64,000 bases of DNA, taken from assembly GCA_965198235.1 (NCBI GenBank), contig OZ240248.1:4288001-4352000 (forward strand), in the 5' to 3' direction. Numbering within the stretch: the first letter of the stretch is position 1; each line of letters opens with the position of its first letter. Shown here piece after piece: positions 28,852-38,904 of the stretch. The notes beneath the pieces are model-generated. The model was given only the letters and a program-made list of their open reading frames with translations, did no database searches and was not told the origin of the DNA. Both the position numbers and the translations under genes were made by a program. Origin of the DNA: Candidatus Poribacteria bacterium. Lineage in GTDB: Bacteria > Poribacteria > WGA-4E > WGA-3G.

Positions 28852-29997
28852 ATGGCAAAAAACCCTTTCATACCGTTTAGTCGCCCTTGGATTGATGATA
28901 CCGAAATCGAAGCCGTCAGTCAAGTCCTCGCCTCCAAATGGATTAGCACGGGGACCAGAGTGCGCGAGTTTGAACGTGCTTTCGCCGAATACCTCGGTGT
29001 TAAGCACGCGATCGCTGTGAGTTCCTGCACCGCCGCTTTGCATCTAAGCCTCGTTGTAACTGAGATCGGTAGCGGCGATGAGGTTATCACGACCCCTTAC
29101 ACCTTCACAGCGACCGCTGAAGCGATCCGATATGTCGGTGCTAAACCCGTCTTCGTGGACATCAACCCCGATACCTTGAACATCAACATAACCAAGATTG
29201 AGCAGGCGATAACCTCTCGCACGAAGGCGATACTACCCGTACATTTTGCCGGTCTCCCCTGTGATATGGATGCGCTATTGGACATCTGCCAAAACCACAA
29301 CCTCGTCCTTATCGATGACGCTGCCCACGCCATCCCGACCCAATACAAAGGACAACACATCGGCAACATCGGCGACTTGTCCGCATTTAGTTTTTATGCG
29401 AACAAAAATCTTACTACAGGAGAAGGCGGTATGATTACCACGAACAGCGACGCATTCGCCAAACCGCTCCGCACGATGCGGCTCCACGGAATCGACAAAG
29501 ACGCTTGGGCGCGTCAGTCACAGCGTGCCATCTGGCGATACAACATTGCTACTGAAGGTTATAAATACAACATGACCGATATTCAAGCAGCGATGGGGTT
29601 ATGCCAACTCATGAAACTCAACAAACAGCATGAACGCCGCCGAAATTTCGCGCAGGTCTATCAAACGGAACTCGCAAATTTTCCGCAAATAAGCACGCCG
29701 GTTACACCGGATAATCCGAACGAGCATTCGTGGCATCTCTACATTATCCAACTCCACACAGGCAATCGGGATGAATTCATAGAATCCCTACGCGAGGCAA
29801 ACATTGAATGCAGCGTTCACTATATCCCGTTACACCTCTTCGAGTTTTATCAGGAGCAATACGGCTACCGTGTCGGCGATTTCCCGTGTGCTGAGGCAGC
29901 ATTTGAACGCGTCGTGAGTCTACCTCTCCACCCCGGATTAACCGAAGAGAAGATTCACATCGTAATTGACACGATAGGAAAAACTTTAAGTTCATAA
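28852..29997 (+). CDS. DegT/DnrJ/EryC1/StrS PLP-dependent aminotransferase
   Basis: SSCTAALH, DDAAHA, SFYANKNLTTGEGG, GYKYNM. Confidence 0.92.
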   Translation: MAKNPFIPFSRPWIDDTEIEAVSQVLASKWISTGTRVREFERAFAEYLGVKHAIAVSSCTAALHLSLVVTEIGSGDEVITTPYTFTATAEAIRYVGAKPVFVDINPDTLNINITKIEQAITSRTKAILPVHFAGLPCDMDALLDICQNHNLVLIDDAAHAIPTQYKGQHIGNIGDLSAFSFYANKNLTTGEGGMITTNSDAFAKPLRTMRLHGIDKDAWARQSQRAIWRYNIATEGYKYNMTDIQAAMGLCQLMKLNKQHERRRNFAQVYQTELANFPQISTPVTPDNPNEHSWHLYIIQLHTGNRDEFIESLREANIECSVHYIPLHLFEFYQEQYGYRVGDFPCAEAAFERVVSLPLHPGLTEEKIHIVIDTIGKTLSS

Positions 29998-30240
29998 TCA
30001 TGTTCCGGAAACTAAAGAACGGGCAATGAATTGCCCTACTACAAACGGGCTTTGGGTTCATAATCATGCTCCAGAAATCCTCGGCGGGTACTGTGGTTCA
30101 ATATACCCTTAAGACGGCTGAGGCATCGCGTAGGTTGGGTTGAACGCAGTGAAACCCAACACTCTATCAAAGGCGTGGATACACAGAAAGCCCAAAAATC
30201 CGCGAAATCTGTGAAATCCGCGAGAATCCGCGATTCAGAC
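29990..30240. repeat. Cluster of three repeat families
   Basis: ~22-bp direct repeat (29990-30011, 30056-30077) around REP GGGCAATGAATTGCCCTACTAC; REP GTAGGTTGGGTTGAACGCAGTGAAACCCAAC (30130-30160); 9-bp-period element ending ATCCGCGATTCAGAC at 30240. Confidence 0.75.
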
Positions 30241-30271
30241 GATACAGACATAACACCACTTCAGCAAGAAG

Positions 30272-30841
30272 ATGGACACACCTAACCCAGCCAACACTAC
30301 CCTCTACCAAATCATCCCCAGCGAAGTCTGTTTCTCGTGTGATGTCTGTTGCCGATTTTTAGAAGTAGATAGCCCCCTCGCGCCCATCTTCACAGCAACA
30401 GAGACGGAAAAAGCCATCACACACGGTGCTGATCCCGCGCTGTTCCGTTCACAAGCAGACGGAAAAAGTGCACAGATCCAGCTAAAACCGCACAACGATT
30501 TCTACATCTGTCCCTTTTTTGAACCAGAGACGAGTCACTGCACCATCTATCCGATTCGTCCGCTTGACTGCCAACTCTATCCGTTTGCACTAATGCTCAG
30601 CGCGGATGGAAACGAGGTCGTGCTCGGCGTAGACACCCTCTGTCCATTTGGCGAAACACATCTCGAAACGGAAGCCTTTCAGAAGCACATCCACCACGTC
30701 ATCAATTACGTCGAATCCGAATCGGTCACGGCGCAGATAATCGCCAACTGGAACTTGATCGGTGATTACCAAGACACCGTGGCAATTGTCCATACGCTCA
30801 GTAGGAGCGATCTCCTGATCGCGATGCTTCAGAAAAACTGA
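30272..30841 (+). CDS. YkgJ-family cysteine cluster (Fe-S/Zn) protein
   Basis: CFSCDVCC, CPFF, CTIYPIRPLDCQLYPF. Confidence 0.85.
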   Translation: MDTPNPANTTLYQIIPSEVCFSCDVCCRFLEVDSPLAPIFTATETEKAITHGADPALFRSQADGKSAQIQLKPHNDFYICPFFEPETSHCTIYPIRPLDCQLYPFALMLSADGNEVVLGVDTLCPFGETHLETEAFQKHIHHVINYVESESVTAQIIANWNLIGDYQDTVAIVHTLSRSDLLIAMLQKN

Positions 30842-30844
30842 CAG

Positions 30845-31750
30845 ATGCAACTTCAACCGCTAACCCTTAATGACAAGCCAATTTTTGACGAATACGCACA
30901 TCAGACATACACGCGTCTTTCCAACTATGCCTTCGCGCCACTCTACGTATGGAAAGAGCATTTTCAGTTTTATTGGGCACGACTCGCGGAACATCTATGC
31001 ATCTTCGCAAAACAGGGTGAAGACTATTTCATGCCGATTCTACCGATACCGTGCGATCCTGAAAACCGCACCTACCGAAATGTTATTCGCATGGCATATC
31101 AATTTATGTTAGAATCAAATCGGAATCCACACATCGCCAGAATCGAAAATGTTCCACAGAAGCTGCGGACTTATTTTGAAAAGGACGGATTCCGTGCCAC
31201 CTTGAAAGAGACTGAATACCTTTATGAAACAGTCGTACTCAGCGAGTTGAGCGGCAATCGCTTCAAGAGTAAGCGGAACGCCTATAACGCCTTTATTGAG
31301 CGTTATCCCTCGGTAGAATTTAGCCGCTACTGCACTACCGACCGCGATGCGTGTTTAGCACTCTATAACGCGTGGCACACTGCACGTGCAGCGAAATGCG
31401 ATGACGCAGTCTATTGCGCGATGCTTGAGGATTCTCGATCGGCGCACCGAATCGCGATCGCGCATGCGGAAGCACTCGGACTTCTCGGCAGGATTGTCCG
31501 TATTGATGAGGAAATCAGAGGCTATACCTTCGGATATCCACTGAATGCGGATACATTTTGTGTGCTATTTGAGATTACAGACCTTGGGATAAAAGGGCTC
31601 GCACAGTTCATCTACCGCGAGTTTTGCAAGGAATTGACGGACACCTACAGATGGATGAACGCGATGGACGATTCAGGATTAGAGAACCTAAAACGTGTCA
31701 AACGCTCCTACCATCCCAGCCAACTGCTTCTGTCATACAATATTGTGTGA
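30845..31750 (+). CDS. DUF2156 / aminoacyl-phosphatidylglycerol synthase C-terminal-like protein
   Basis: EYLY..LSELSGNRFKSKRN, NAMDDSGLENLKRVKRSYHP. Confidence 0.8.
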   Translation: MQLQPLTLNDKPIFDEYAHQTYTRLSNYAFAPLYVWKEHFQFYWARLAEHLCIFAKQGEDYFMPILPIPCDPENRTYRNVIRMAYQFMLESNRNPHIARIENVPQKLRTYFEKDGFRATLKETEYLYETVVLSELSGNRFKSKRNAYNAFIERYPSVEFSRYCTTDRDACLALYNAWHTARAAKCDDAVYCAMLEDSRSAHRIAIAHAEALGLLGRIVRIDEEIRGYTFGYPLNADTFCVLFEITDLGIKGLAQFIYREFCKELTDTYRWMNAMDDSGLENLKRVKRSYHPSQLLLSYNIV

Positions 31751-31765
31751 CGGGAAATTAAAAAA

Positions 31766-32533
31766 ATGAAATCAGCACTTATTTTCCTCAATGGTTATTA
31801 CGACACACGGCATCTCGATTTTTACTGTCAAGAGATCGAAACCGCAGTGGAAAATGGTGTTCCGCTCATCTGTGCCAACGGAGGCATCCGTATATTTGAT
31901 GAATTAAATCGGGATACGGATATGTCGCTTATCCCTGATGTTCTTATCGGTGACATGGATTCGGTCCCACATCGGGGTTACAAACCCCTCCCACAAGAAG
32001 AACAGCCCCTCCCACAAGAAGGGCAGACCCTTCCACAAGCAAAGCAGATCGTTCAGGAATGGGTAGGAAAAACAGACAAAGATTACACCGATGGACAACT
32101 CGCCGTAGACTACGCCCTGGAACAGTCCAACTGCCGACATATCATCATCTACGGCGGTTTACCGCGTCCAGCAGAATATGAAACAGACCAGTTCCTTGGC
32201 AACCTCAAACTGATGCGTTTTGGGCATTACCGGGTATCCGCAGGTGAACCTTACACAGCCGAGATGCGGGATCCGAGACAAACAATCCACTACGTGCTAT
32301 CAGCAGTGCGTTTAACCCGAAAAAACAGCCGACTGCAACGCGTCTCTCTCATTGCGGAATCTCCGAACGTCATCGTCGAAAAGAGCGAAAATCTACGTTG
32401 GGACTTGGCATCACTACACATCCATCCCGATTTAACAAACGCCCTTCGCAACGAATTCGTAGAAGGTGCGGAATCGGCAACCGTCCAATTGACTGACGGA
32501 TCTGCCCCCGTCTACGTGATTCACAACTGGTAA
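31766..32533 (+). CDS. thiN: Thiamine pyrophosphokinase-like protein with repeat-derived insertion
   Basis: LIFLNG, ICANGG, DVLIGDMDS, DKDYTDGQLA; divergent C-terminus. Confidence 0.65.
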   Translation: MKSALIFLNGYYDTRHLDFYCQEIETAVENGVPLICANGGIRIFDELNRDTDMSLIPDVLIGDMDSVPHRGYKPLPQEEQPLPQEGQTLPQAKQIVQEWVGKTDKDYTDGQLAVDYALEQSNCRHIIIYGGLPRPAEYETDQFLGNLKLMRFGHYRVSAGEPYTAEMRDPRQTIHYVLSAVRLTRKNSRLQRVSLIAESPNVIVEKSENLRWDLASLHIHPDLTNALRNEFVEGAESATVQLTDGSAPVYVIHNW

Positions 32534-33486
32534 CCGAGTACCTTCTTGAGCGTTTCCGTGTCCAGATTCGCACCGCTCATCACCATTACCACGCGTTTCC
32601 CCGCCAGTGTATCCGCGAGTTTATGCGCTGCTGCTATCGGAGACGCGCCTGCACCTTCCGCCAAGTTGTGTGTCCACCGCAACGCCAAACGGATGCCTTC
32701 TTCAAGTTCCGCCTCGCTGAGCAGAACAATGTCGTGAATGCCTTTTTTGATAATGGACAGTGGCAACGAAAACGGCGTACGGGTCGCAAGTCCATCGGCA
32801 ATGGTATCGCAAGAATCGGTTTCTACACGCTTTCCCGTCTTCCATGAACGGTAGATAGCCGGCGCATTTTCCGCTTGCACACCAATGATCTTGACCTCCG
32901 GATTAATCGCTTTAGAAACTGTAATAGCACCACAGCAACCGCTCCCACCGCCAATAGGCACAATGATTGCGTCCACGTCTGGGAGACTCTCAAAAATCTC
33001 AAGCGAATAGGTGCCGACACCGTGGAAAAGCGCAGATTCCAGGCACGGATGAACGTAGTAAAGTCCGCGTTCCGCTTGAAGCGTTTCACACAGCGCAAGT
33101 GCTTCGTCAAAATCGGCACCGTGTTCAATCAGTTCCGCGCCAAACGCTCGCATCGCGCTGTTTTTTTCAGGGTTATTCCCGTGTGGCACAACAACGGTAG
33201 CCTTGACACCATACTGCGCCGCAGCGTAGGCGATCGACTGTCCATGATTCCCGCGTGTCGCCGTCAGAACTCCCTTTTCACGTTGCGCTTGCGGTAGGTG
33301 GTGCATGAAATTGATGCCGCCGCGCACTTTAAAACTACCCGTTGGGTGATGGTTTTCGTGCTTGATGTATGCCTGAAATCCGAGTCGTTCGGACAATTCT
33401 GGATAGTGAACCAAAGGGGTGGGCTTTAAAAATCGTGATACGACGGATCGCGCTGCAATAATTTCCTGAAGGGTAATGGATTTCAT
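32521..33486 (-). CDS. Threonine/serine dehydratase family PLP enzyme
   Basis: KHENHHPTGSFKVRG, TRGNHG, PIGGGSG, SGAN. Confidence 0.9.
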   Translation of the reverse strand: MKSITLQEIIAARSVVSRFLKPTPLVHYPELSERLGFQAYIKHENHHPTGSFKVRGGINFMHHLPQAQREKGVLTATRGNHGQSIAYAAAQYGVKATVVVPHGNNPEKNSAMRAFGAELIEHGADFDEALALCETLQAERGLYYVHPCLESALFHGVGTYSLEIFESLPDVDAIIVPIGGGSGCCGAITVSKAINPEVKIIGVQAENAPAIYRSWKTGKRVETDSCDTIADGLATRTPFSLPLSIIKKGIHDIVLLSEAELEEGIRLALRWTHNLAEGAGASPIAAAHKLADTLAGKRVVMVMSGANLDTETLKKVLGYQL

Positions 33487-33541
33487 TTTTTACTCCAATG
33501 TATTTTAAAAAGTCGTAGGACTCATGTAATTTGTCAGAATT

Positions 33542-33654
33542 TATGGTAAATTTTAGAAATATGTAGACATTTCAGTGAATAGCGGATAGAGAAACGTCCT
33601 CCCATCGCTGGCGAGGTTGCCAACCTCACAACCGACTGCTGACAACTGATAACT
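33542..33654. repeat. Partial MITE-like element (TATGGTAAA end), REP hairpin and short heptamer repeats
   Basis: TATGGTAAATTTTAGAAATATGTAGACATT matches ends of 63043-63169; CGCTGGCGAGGTTGCCAACCTC hairpin; CTGACAA-CTGATAA heptamers. Confidence 0.6.
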
Positions 33655-33749
33655 TTAAATAGGACCTTGCAAACCTATAAAATCTATGATAATATGATAA
33701 CATACCTCAATGCACATATTCAAAAGTAATGTACAGAAAGGAAACGCAC

Positions 33750-34691
33750 ATGGCACAAGAATGGCATTCCACAGCGTTAGAAATTGATGAAACCGAGGAC
33801 CTCATTGAGGCCTGCTATCAGAACGGATGGACGGATGGACTCCCCGTCGTTCCACCGACACCTGAACGCGTCGAACGCATGCTCAGCGGAATAGATCGGG
33901 ACCCGGAGGAACTCATTGCAGCAGTCCCTCCAAAATGGGGCAGAGCGACAGTCGAAAAGGTCGCGATTAACGCCGTCATGGCAGGATGCAAACCCGAATA
34001 TTTACCGCTTATCCTTACTGCAGTGGAAGCGATGACAACCGAGGAGTTCAACCTCCACGGCGTTCAGGTCACGACATCACACGTTGGGCCGATGCTCGTT
34101 GTGAACGGACCTATCCGAAAGCAGTTAGAAATCAACGACGGATTCAATCTGTTTGGACAAGGATGGCGAGCAAACGCAACAATTGGTCGCACGTTACGGC
34201 TCATCTGTACCAATATCGGCGGCGGACTGCCCGGTGAACTTGACCGCTCGGCATTCGGACACGCCGGAAAATATACCTGTTGCATCGCTGAAAAAGAGGA
34301 GGCAAGCCTTTGGGATCCCTTGCATGTCGAACGCGGTTTCCGAGCTGGCGATAGCACTGTCACCATCTTTGCGGGTGCCGGTCCCCAAACCGTTAACGAC
34401 CACGGTAATAACACCGCAGAAGGCATCCTCAGCACAATTGCGCACAACATCACCGCCCCCGGCAACAGTAGCGGCCAAACGCTTCTTGTCATAGGCGTTG
34501 AGCACGCAAAGACCATCTCAGAAGACGGGTTCAACAAAGCCGACATCCGGCAGTACATCGCTGACACCACAAAGCAGTACTCGACAGAGGATCTGCTGCT
34601 GATGGTAGCAGGTGGACCGGCAGGAAGATGGACGATTGTCGTTCCCGGATGGGGTTCACCGACCTCTCGTGCTATCACATTGGCAGTATAA
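33750..34691 (+). CDS. Conserved hypothetical protein (GWTDGLPVVPPT family, related to UGSC-associated proteins)
   Basis: GWTDGLPVVPPTPERVERML, KVAINAVMAGCKPEY, RANATIGR. Confidence 0.65.
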   Translation: MAQEWHSTALEIDETEDLIEACYQNGWTDGLPVVPPTPERVERMLSGIDRDPEELIAAVPPKWGRATVEKVAINAVMAGCKPEYLPLILTAVEAMTTEEFNLHGVQVTTSHVGPMLVVNGPIRKQLEINDGFNLFGQGWRANATIGRTLRLICTNIGGGLPGELDRSAFGHAGKYTCCIAEKEEASLWDPLHVERGFRAGDSTVTIFAGAGPQTVNDHGNNTAEGILSTIAHNITAPGNSSGQTLLVIGVEHAKTISEDGFNKADIRQYIADTTKQYSTEDLLLMVAGGPAGRWTIVVPGWGSPTSRAITLAV

Positions 34692-34860
34692 ACCAAGTTA
34701 GAAATTAATCTCTTGACTGTGCTTCTCTTTGATAAATTAAAGTCGAAATTTTTTGCCGAATATTTTCTTGCAAATCGGCGAAAAATGTGGTATCCTTTTT
34801 AAGTGAGAGAATAAGAAACCCAGATCTGTTTTCTGACGTTATAGTAAAGGAATAGATACG

Positions 34861-35289
34861 ATGGACACAAGAACACTGTCTTTGCCGATCAGCACACTGG
34901 ATTATAAGCAACCCGCCGCCGTGCAAGTCGGATCCCCTGTTTCTGTCGTCATTGATATGATGCAAGAGGGAGGAAGAGGGTGTGTTCTCGTCGTTGATGA
35001 GGATGAACAATTAGTTGGAATCATCACCGAACGGGATCTGCTCCAGCATGTGAGCGGGCAGCGCGCCGCACCCGCGGAATTTAAGGTCGAACAGGTGATG
35101 ACAGCGGACCCAGAGACACTACGCGCCAGTGACCCTATTGCCTTCGCACTAAACCTGATGCATCTTGGTCACTTCCGGCACCTACCTCTCTGTGTTTGGG
35201 ACGACCAAGGAGAGGCATACCCCATCGGAATAATTTCAACCCGCGATATCTTAGAACATATCGCCATATTTATAGAAAACCAGGCGTAG
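34861..35289 (+). CDS. CBS domain protein
   Basis: LVGIITERD, VMTADP, FRHLP. Confidence 0.9.
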   Translation: MDTRTLSLPISTLDYKQPAAVQVGSPVSVVIDMMQEGGRGCVLVVDEDEQLVGIITERDLLQHVSGQRAAPAEFKVEQVMTADPETLRASDPIAFALNLMHLGHFRHLPLCVWDDQGEAYPIGIISTRDILEHIAIFIENQA

Positions 35290-35300
35290 GAGGCGTAACC

Positions 35301-35834
35301 ATGCTATATGACTTGGCAATTGACGAAGAATTAGAGCAGATGGACGAAGACGCTGCGTTAAGAGCATGGAACACGCAAGAGATTCAGGTTTCGCTAAAAG
35401 ATCTGATGCGTCCCGTCATTAAGATTGACATCAACTCCAGCACGAATGAGGCTATCGATTTACTCCTTGCTAACGAAATCGGCGCAGCACCTGTTGTTGA
35501 GAACGATTATCTCCGCGGGATATTTAGTGAGCGAGACGTACTCAACAAAATTCTCAATAAACAAGTCGGGGACTTGGACGACAGTCGCGTTAAAGAATTC
35601 ATGATCGCAGATCCGCAGACAGCACAAGCGGAAGATACACTGAACACCGCCATTCTCCACATGGCACGGGGCGGTTACCGACACGTCCCTATTGTTGATA
35701 CGGAAAATCGCCCGATTGGTATGGTATCCATTCGTGACGTAATCTCCTATCTTGTTGAGGAATTTCTTCAAGAAGTCTTAACACTACCACCGAAACCTGT
35801 TCGAGATGCGCTGAAAGCCCGAGAGGGTGCCTAA
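35301..35834 (+). CDS. CBS domain protein
   Basis: GIFSERD, GYRHVPIVD, GMVSIRD; AGGAGG RBS before ATG 35301. Confidence 0.9.
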   Translation: MLYDLAIDEELEQMDEDAALRAWNTQEIQVSLKDLMRPVIKIDINSSTNEAIDLLLANEIGAAPVVENDYLRGIFSERDVLNKILNKQVGDLDDSRVKEFMIADPQTAQAEDTLNTAILHMARGGYRHVPIVDTENRPIGMVSIRDVISYLVEEFLQEVLTLPPKPVRDALKAREGA

Positions 35835-35859
35835 ATGCCTCTAAACTTTTCATATTTTT

Positions 35860-35927
35860 TAGGTGCGGTTGCCAAACACGTACCTGTCTTCTAATCTCTT
35901 GTAGGTGTCTTTACCAAACACGCACCT
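35860..35927 (+). repeat. Tandem pair of degenerate REP-like units
   Basis: TAGGTGCGGTTGCCAAACACGTACCT and TAGGTGTCTTTACCAAACACGCACCT. Confidence 0.55.
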
Positions 35928-35946
35928 ATCCTAAAAAAGGACGATT

Positions 35947-37803
35947 GTGATGCGCAAGCCAGTAGAGCAAATCGAGGAAGCGACAATCCTATTTGCTGGC
36001 GACTCCGGCGATGGGTCGCAGACCATTGGCACACAAATGACTGAAACCACCGCCCTCATTGGGAACGATGTCGCCACGCTACCCGATTACCCCGCTGAGA
36101 TTCGTGCACCCGCCGGGTCGTTAGCTGGAATATCCGGGTTCCAACTCCACTTCTCAAGCGAACAAATTCACACCCCCGGAGATCTCTGCGATGTTCTCAT
36201 CGCGATGAACCCCGCCGCTTTAAAGGTACACCTCGACAAACTCAAGCCCAACGGCATCCTGATTGTAAATATAGACAATTTCGCGCGCCGCAATTTACGC
36301 CTCGCAGGATATGAAGAAGATCCACTCGAAGATGATAAACTTACGAAGTATCAAGTTTTCCGTGTCGAATTAACACAACTCACTCGAAAAGCACTCGAAA
36401 CAACGCAATTAAGCGTCCCAGAAATCGACAGATGTAAAAACTTTTTCGCACTCGGTATGATCCTCTGGCTCTACAATCGTCCAATGGAATATACGATGAA
36501 GTGGATCAAAGCGAAGTTCGCGAGCAAACCACAGTATGTAGAATCTAATATTCTTGCACTCCGCGCTGGGAATACTTACTGCGAAGCTACCGAGCAGTTT
36601 GCCGTCTCCTATGATGTCAAACCCGCCGTCTTTGAACCTGGGACCTACCGGAACATCGAAGGCAATATGGCAACGGTGCTTGGACTTGTCGCCGCTTCGC
36701 ATCAGTCCGGTTTACCCCTCGTTTACGGGAGTTACCCAATCACACCCGCAAGCGATATTCTCCACGGACTCGCACAATATCGGAATTTCGGTGTCGTTAC
36801 AATGCAGATGGAGGATGAGATTGCCGCCGTCGGCGTTGCAATCGGTGCATCCTTTAGCGGTGCACTCGGTGTGACCGGCAGTAGTGGACCGGGGCTTGCG
36901 CTTAAATCGGAAGCGATTAACCTCGCCATGATTGCTGAACTTCCACTCGTGGTGTGTAACATCCAGCGTGCGGGTCCCTCAACAGGCATGCCAACAAAGA
37001 CGGAACAGTCGGACCTCTTGCAGATGTTCTACGGCAGGAACGGCGAATCTCCGCTGCCTATCATCGCTCCCTCACGTCCGTTCGATTGCTTCGAGACCGT
37101 CTACGAAGCGTGTCGCATCGCTGTGAAATACAGGACCCCAGTGATTTTCCTCTCCGACCTCTACATCGGGATGGGAGCTGAACCGTGGAAGATTCCGCAA
37201 CTCTCCGAACTACCGGAAATTAGACCCGACTTCGCAGTGAGCGCAGATACCCGCAACGGGTTTGAACCTTATCTACGCGACCCAGAAACCTTGGCGCGTC
37301 CGTGGGCGAAACCCGGCACCGCCGGCTTAGAGCATCGCATCGGAGGGTTAGAGAAATCAGATGTGACGGGACACGTCAGTTACGATGCTGAAAACCACCA
37401 ACGGATGATAGAAATCCGAGCGGAAAAGGTCGCACGCATCGCCGATGAGTTACCACCGACGGAGGTTTTCGGCGCACAAGAAGGTGACGTTCTGCTCCTT
37501 GGATGGGGAGGTACCTACGGCGCAATCCGAACCACAGCAGAAAACTGTATCGCCGAAGGACTCCCAATAGCACACGTCCATCTCCGACACCTCAACCCCT
37601 TCCCTAAAGATTTAGCCGACATTCTACAGAGATTCAAAAAGATTTTAATTCCTGAACTAAACAGTGGCCAACTCCTCCAACTCATTCGTAGCACCTATCT
37701 CATTGATGCAATCGGGTTTAACAAGGTGCAAGGGCAACCCTTCCATGTTTTTGAGTTGACATCGAAAATTGACGAGATACTTGAAGAAACAGGGGACGCT
37801 TAG
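35947..37803 (+). CDS. korA: 2-oxoacid:ferredoxin oxidoreductase alpha subunit
   Basis: FAGDSGDG, YPITPAS, EDEIAA, SGPG, QRAGPSTGMPTK; substrate not proven. Confidence 0.92.
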   Translation: MMRKPVEQIEEATILFAGDSGDGSQTIGTQMTETTALIGNDVATLPDYPAEIRAPAGSLAGISGFQLHFSSEQIHTPGDLCDVLIAMNPAALKVHLDKLKPNGILIVNIDNFARRNLRLAGYEEDPLEDDKLTKYQVFRVELTQLTRKALETTQLSVPEIDRCKNFFALGMILWLYNRPMEYTMKWIKAKFASKPQYVESNILALRAGNTYCEATEQFAVSYDVKPAVFEPGTYRNIEGNMATVLGLVAASHQSGLPLVYGSYPITPASDILHGLAQYRNFGVVTMQMEDEIAAVGVAIGASFSGALGVTGSSGPGLALKSEAINLAMIAELPLVVCNIQRAGPSTGMPTKTEQSDLLQMFYGRNGESPLPIIAPSRPFDCFETVYEACRIAVKYRTPVIFLSDLYIGMGAEPWKIPQLSELPEIRPDFAVSADTRNGFEPYLRDPETLARPWAKPGTAGLEHRIGGLEKSDVTGHVSYDAENHQRMIEIRAEKVARIADELPPTEVFGAQEGDVLLLGWGGTYGAIRTTAENCIAEGLPIAHVHLRHLNPFPKDLADILQRFKKILIPELNSGQLLQLIRSTYLIDAIGFNKVQGQPFHVFELTSKIDEILEETGDA

Positions 37804-37833
37804 CCCCTAACGCCAAAAGGCGGTAAACAAATC

Positions 37834-38886
37834 ATGAGAAGCAAAAGAACCAGAACTTCACGCATTCCCGCTGGGGCACCTACCCTCTCCAAAAAGGACT
37901 TTGTATCCGACCAAGACGTACGCTGGTGTCCCGGTTGCGGCGATTACTCCATTCTCGCTCAGACCCAACGTATTATGCCGGAACTCGGCATCCCGAAAGA
38001 AAACATCGTCTTTATCTCCGGTATCGGGTGTTCGAGTCGGTTTCCATATTACATGGACACCTACGGCTTCCACACCATCCACGGTAGAGCCCCAACGATT
38101 GCCTCCGGTGTAAAAATGGCGAACCCCGACCTCTCTGTGTGGGTTATCACAGGGGATGGTGATGCGCTCTCAATTGGTGGCAACCACTTCATCCACCTGA
38201 TGCGCCGCAATTTCGATGTCAACGTTCTGCTCTTTAACAACCGCATCTACGGACTTACGAAGGGACAATACTCACCGACATCCGAACAAGGGAAACGGAC
38301 AAAGTCTACCCCTCTCGGTTCAGTGGATACACCCTTTAATCCGATTAGCCTCGCATTGGCTTCCGGTGCTACATTCGTGGCACGCTCGCTGGATAGAGAC
38401 CCAAATCACCTCCGAACCATCATCAAGTCAGCGTTTGAACACAAGGGCACGTCCTTCATCGAAATCTACCAAAACTGCAACGTGTTTAACGACGGAGCCT
38501 TCTTTCAATACACGGAAAAAGAAACAAAGGCTGACCACACGGTGATTCTGGAGCATAACGAACCCCTCGTTTTCGGAACAGAACACGATAAGGGTATCCG
38601 CCTGAACGGCTTCGAACCCGAAGTCGTCAAAACCACAAATGGCGAATACTCCACTGAGGATCTCATCGTCCACGATCGGTACGCCGAGAACACCACCTTA
38701 GCGAACTTCCTTGCACGGATGAGCGACGCGCCTGACATGCCGGACCCCATCGGCATCTTCCGCAGTGTTCGACAGCCCTGTTACGAAGACCTGATGACGA
38801 ACCAGGTCCGCACCGCAAAAGAGCGCATGGGCGATGGCAACCTCGAAGCACTCCTCAACGCCGGCGAAACGTGGACTGTGACGTAG
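37834..38886 (+). CDS. korB: 2-oxoacid:ferredoxin oxidoreductase beta subunit
   Basis: WCPGCGD, SGIGCS, GDGDALSIG, YGLTKGQYSPT. Confidence 0.92.
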   Translation: MRSKRTRTSRIPAGAPTLSKKDFVSDQDVRWCPGCGDYSILAQTQRIMPELGIPKENIVFISGIGCSSRFPYYMDTYGFHTIHGRAPTIASGVKMANPDLSVWVITGDGDALSIGGNHFIHLMRRNFDVNVLLFNNRIYGLTKGQYSPTSEQGKRTKSTPLGSVDTPFNPISLALASGATFVARSLDRDPNHLRTIIKSAFEHKGTSFIEIYQNCNVFNDGAFFQYTEKETKADHTVILEHNEPLVFGTEHDKGIRLNGFEPEVVKTTNGEYSTEDLIVHDRYAENTTLANFLARMSDAPDMPDPIGIFRSVRQPCYEDLMTNQVRTAKERMGDGNLEALLNAGETWTVT

Positions 38887-38904
38887 TTTGGCAGGATTCC
38901 GACA

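Noticed and set aside
33750-34860. Selenoprotein partner of the UGSC-associated gene
   Set aside because: No adjacent small ORF with an in-frame TGA could be identified
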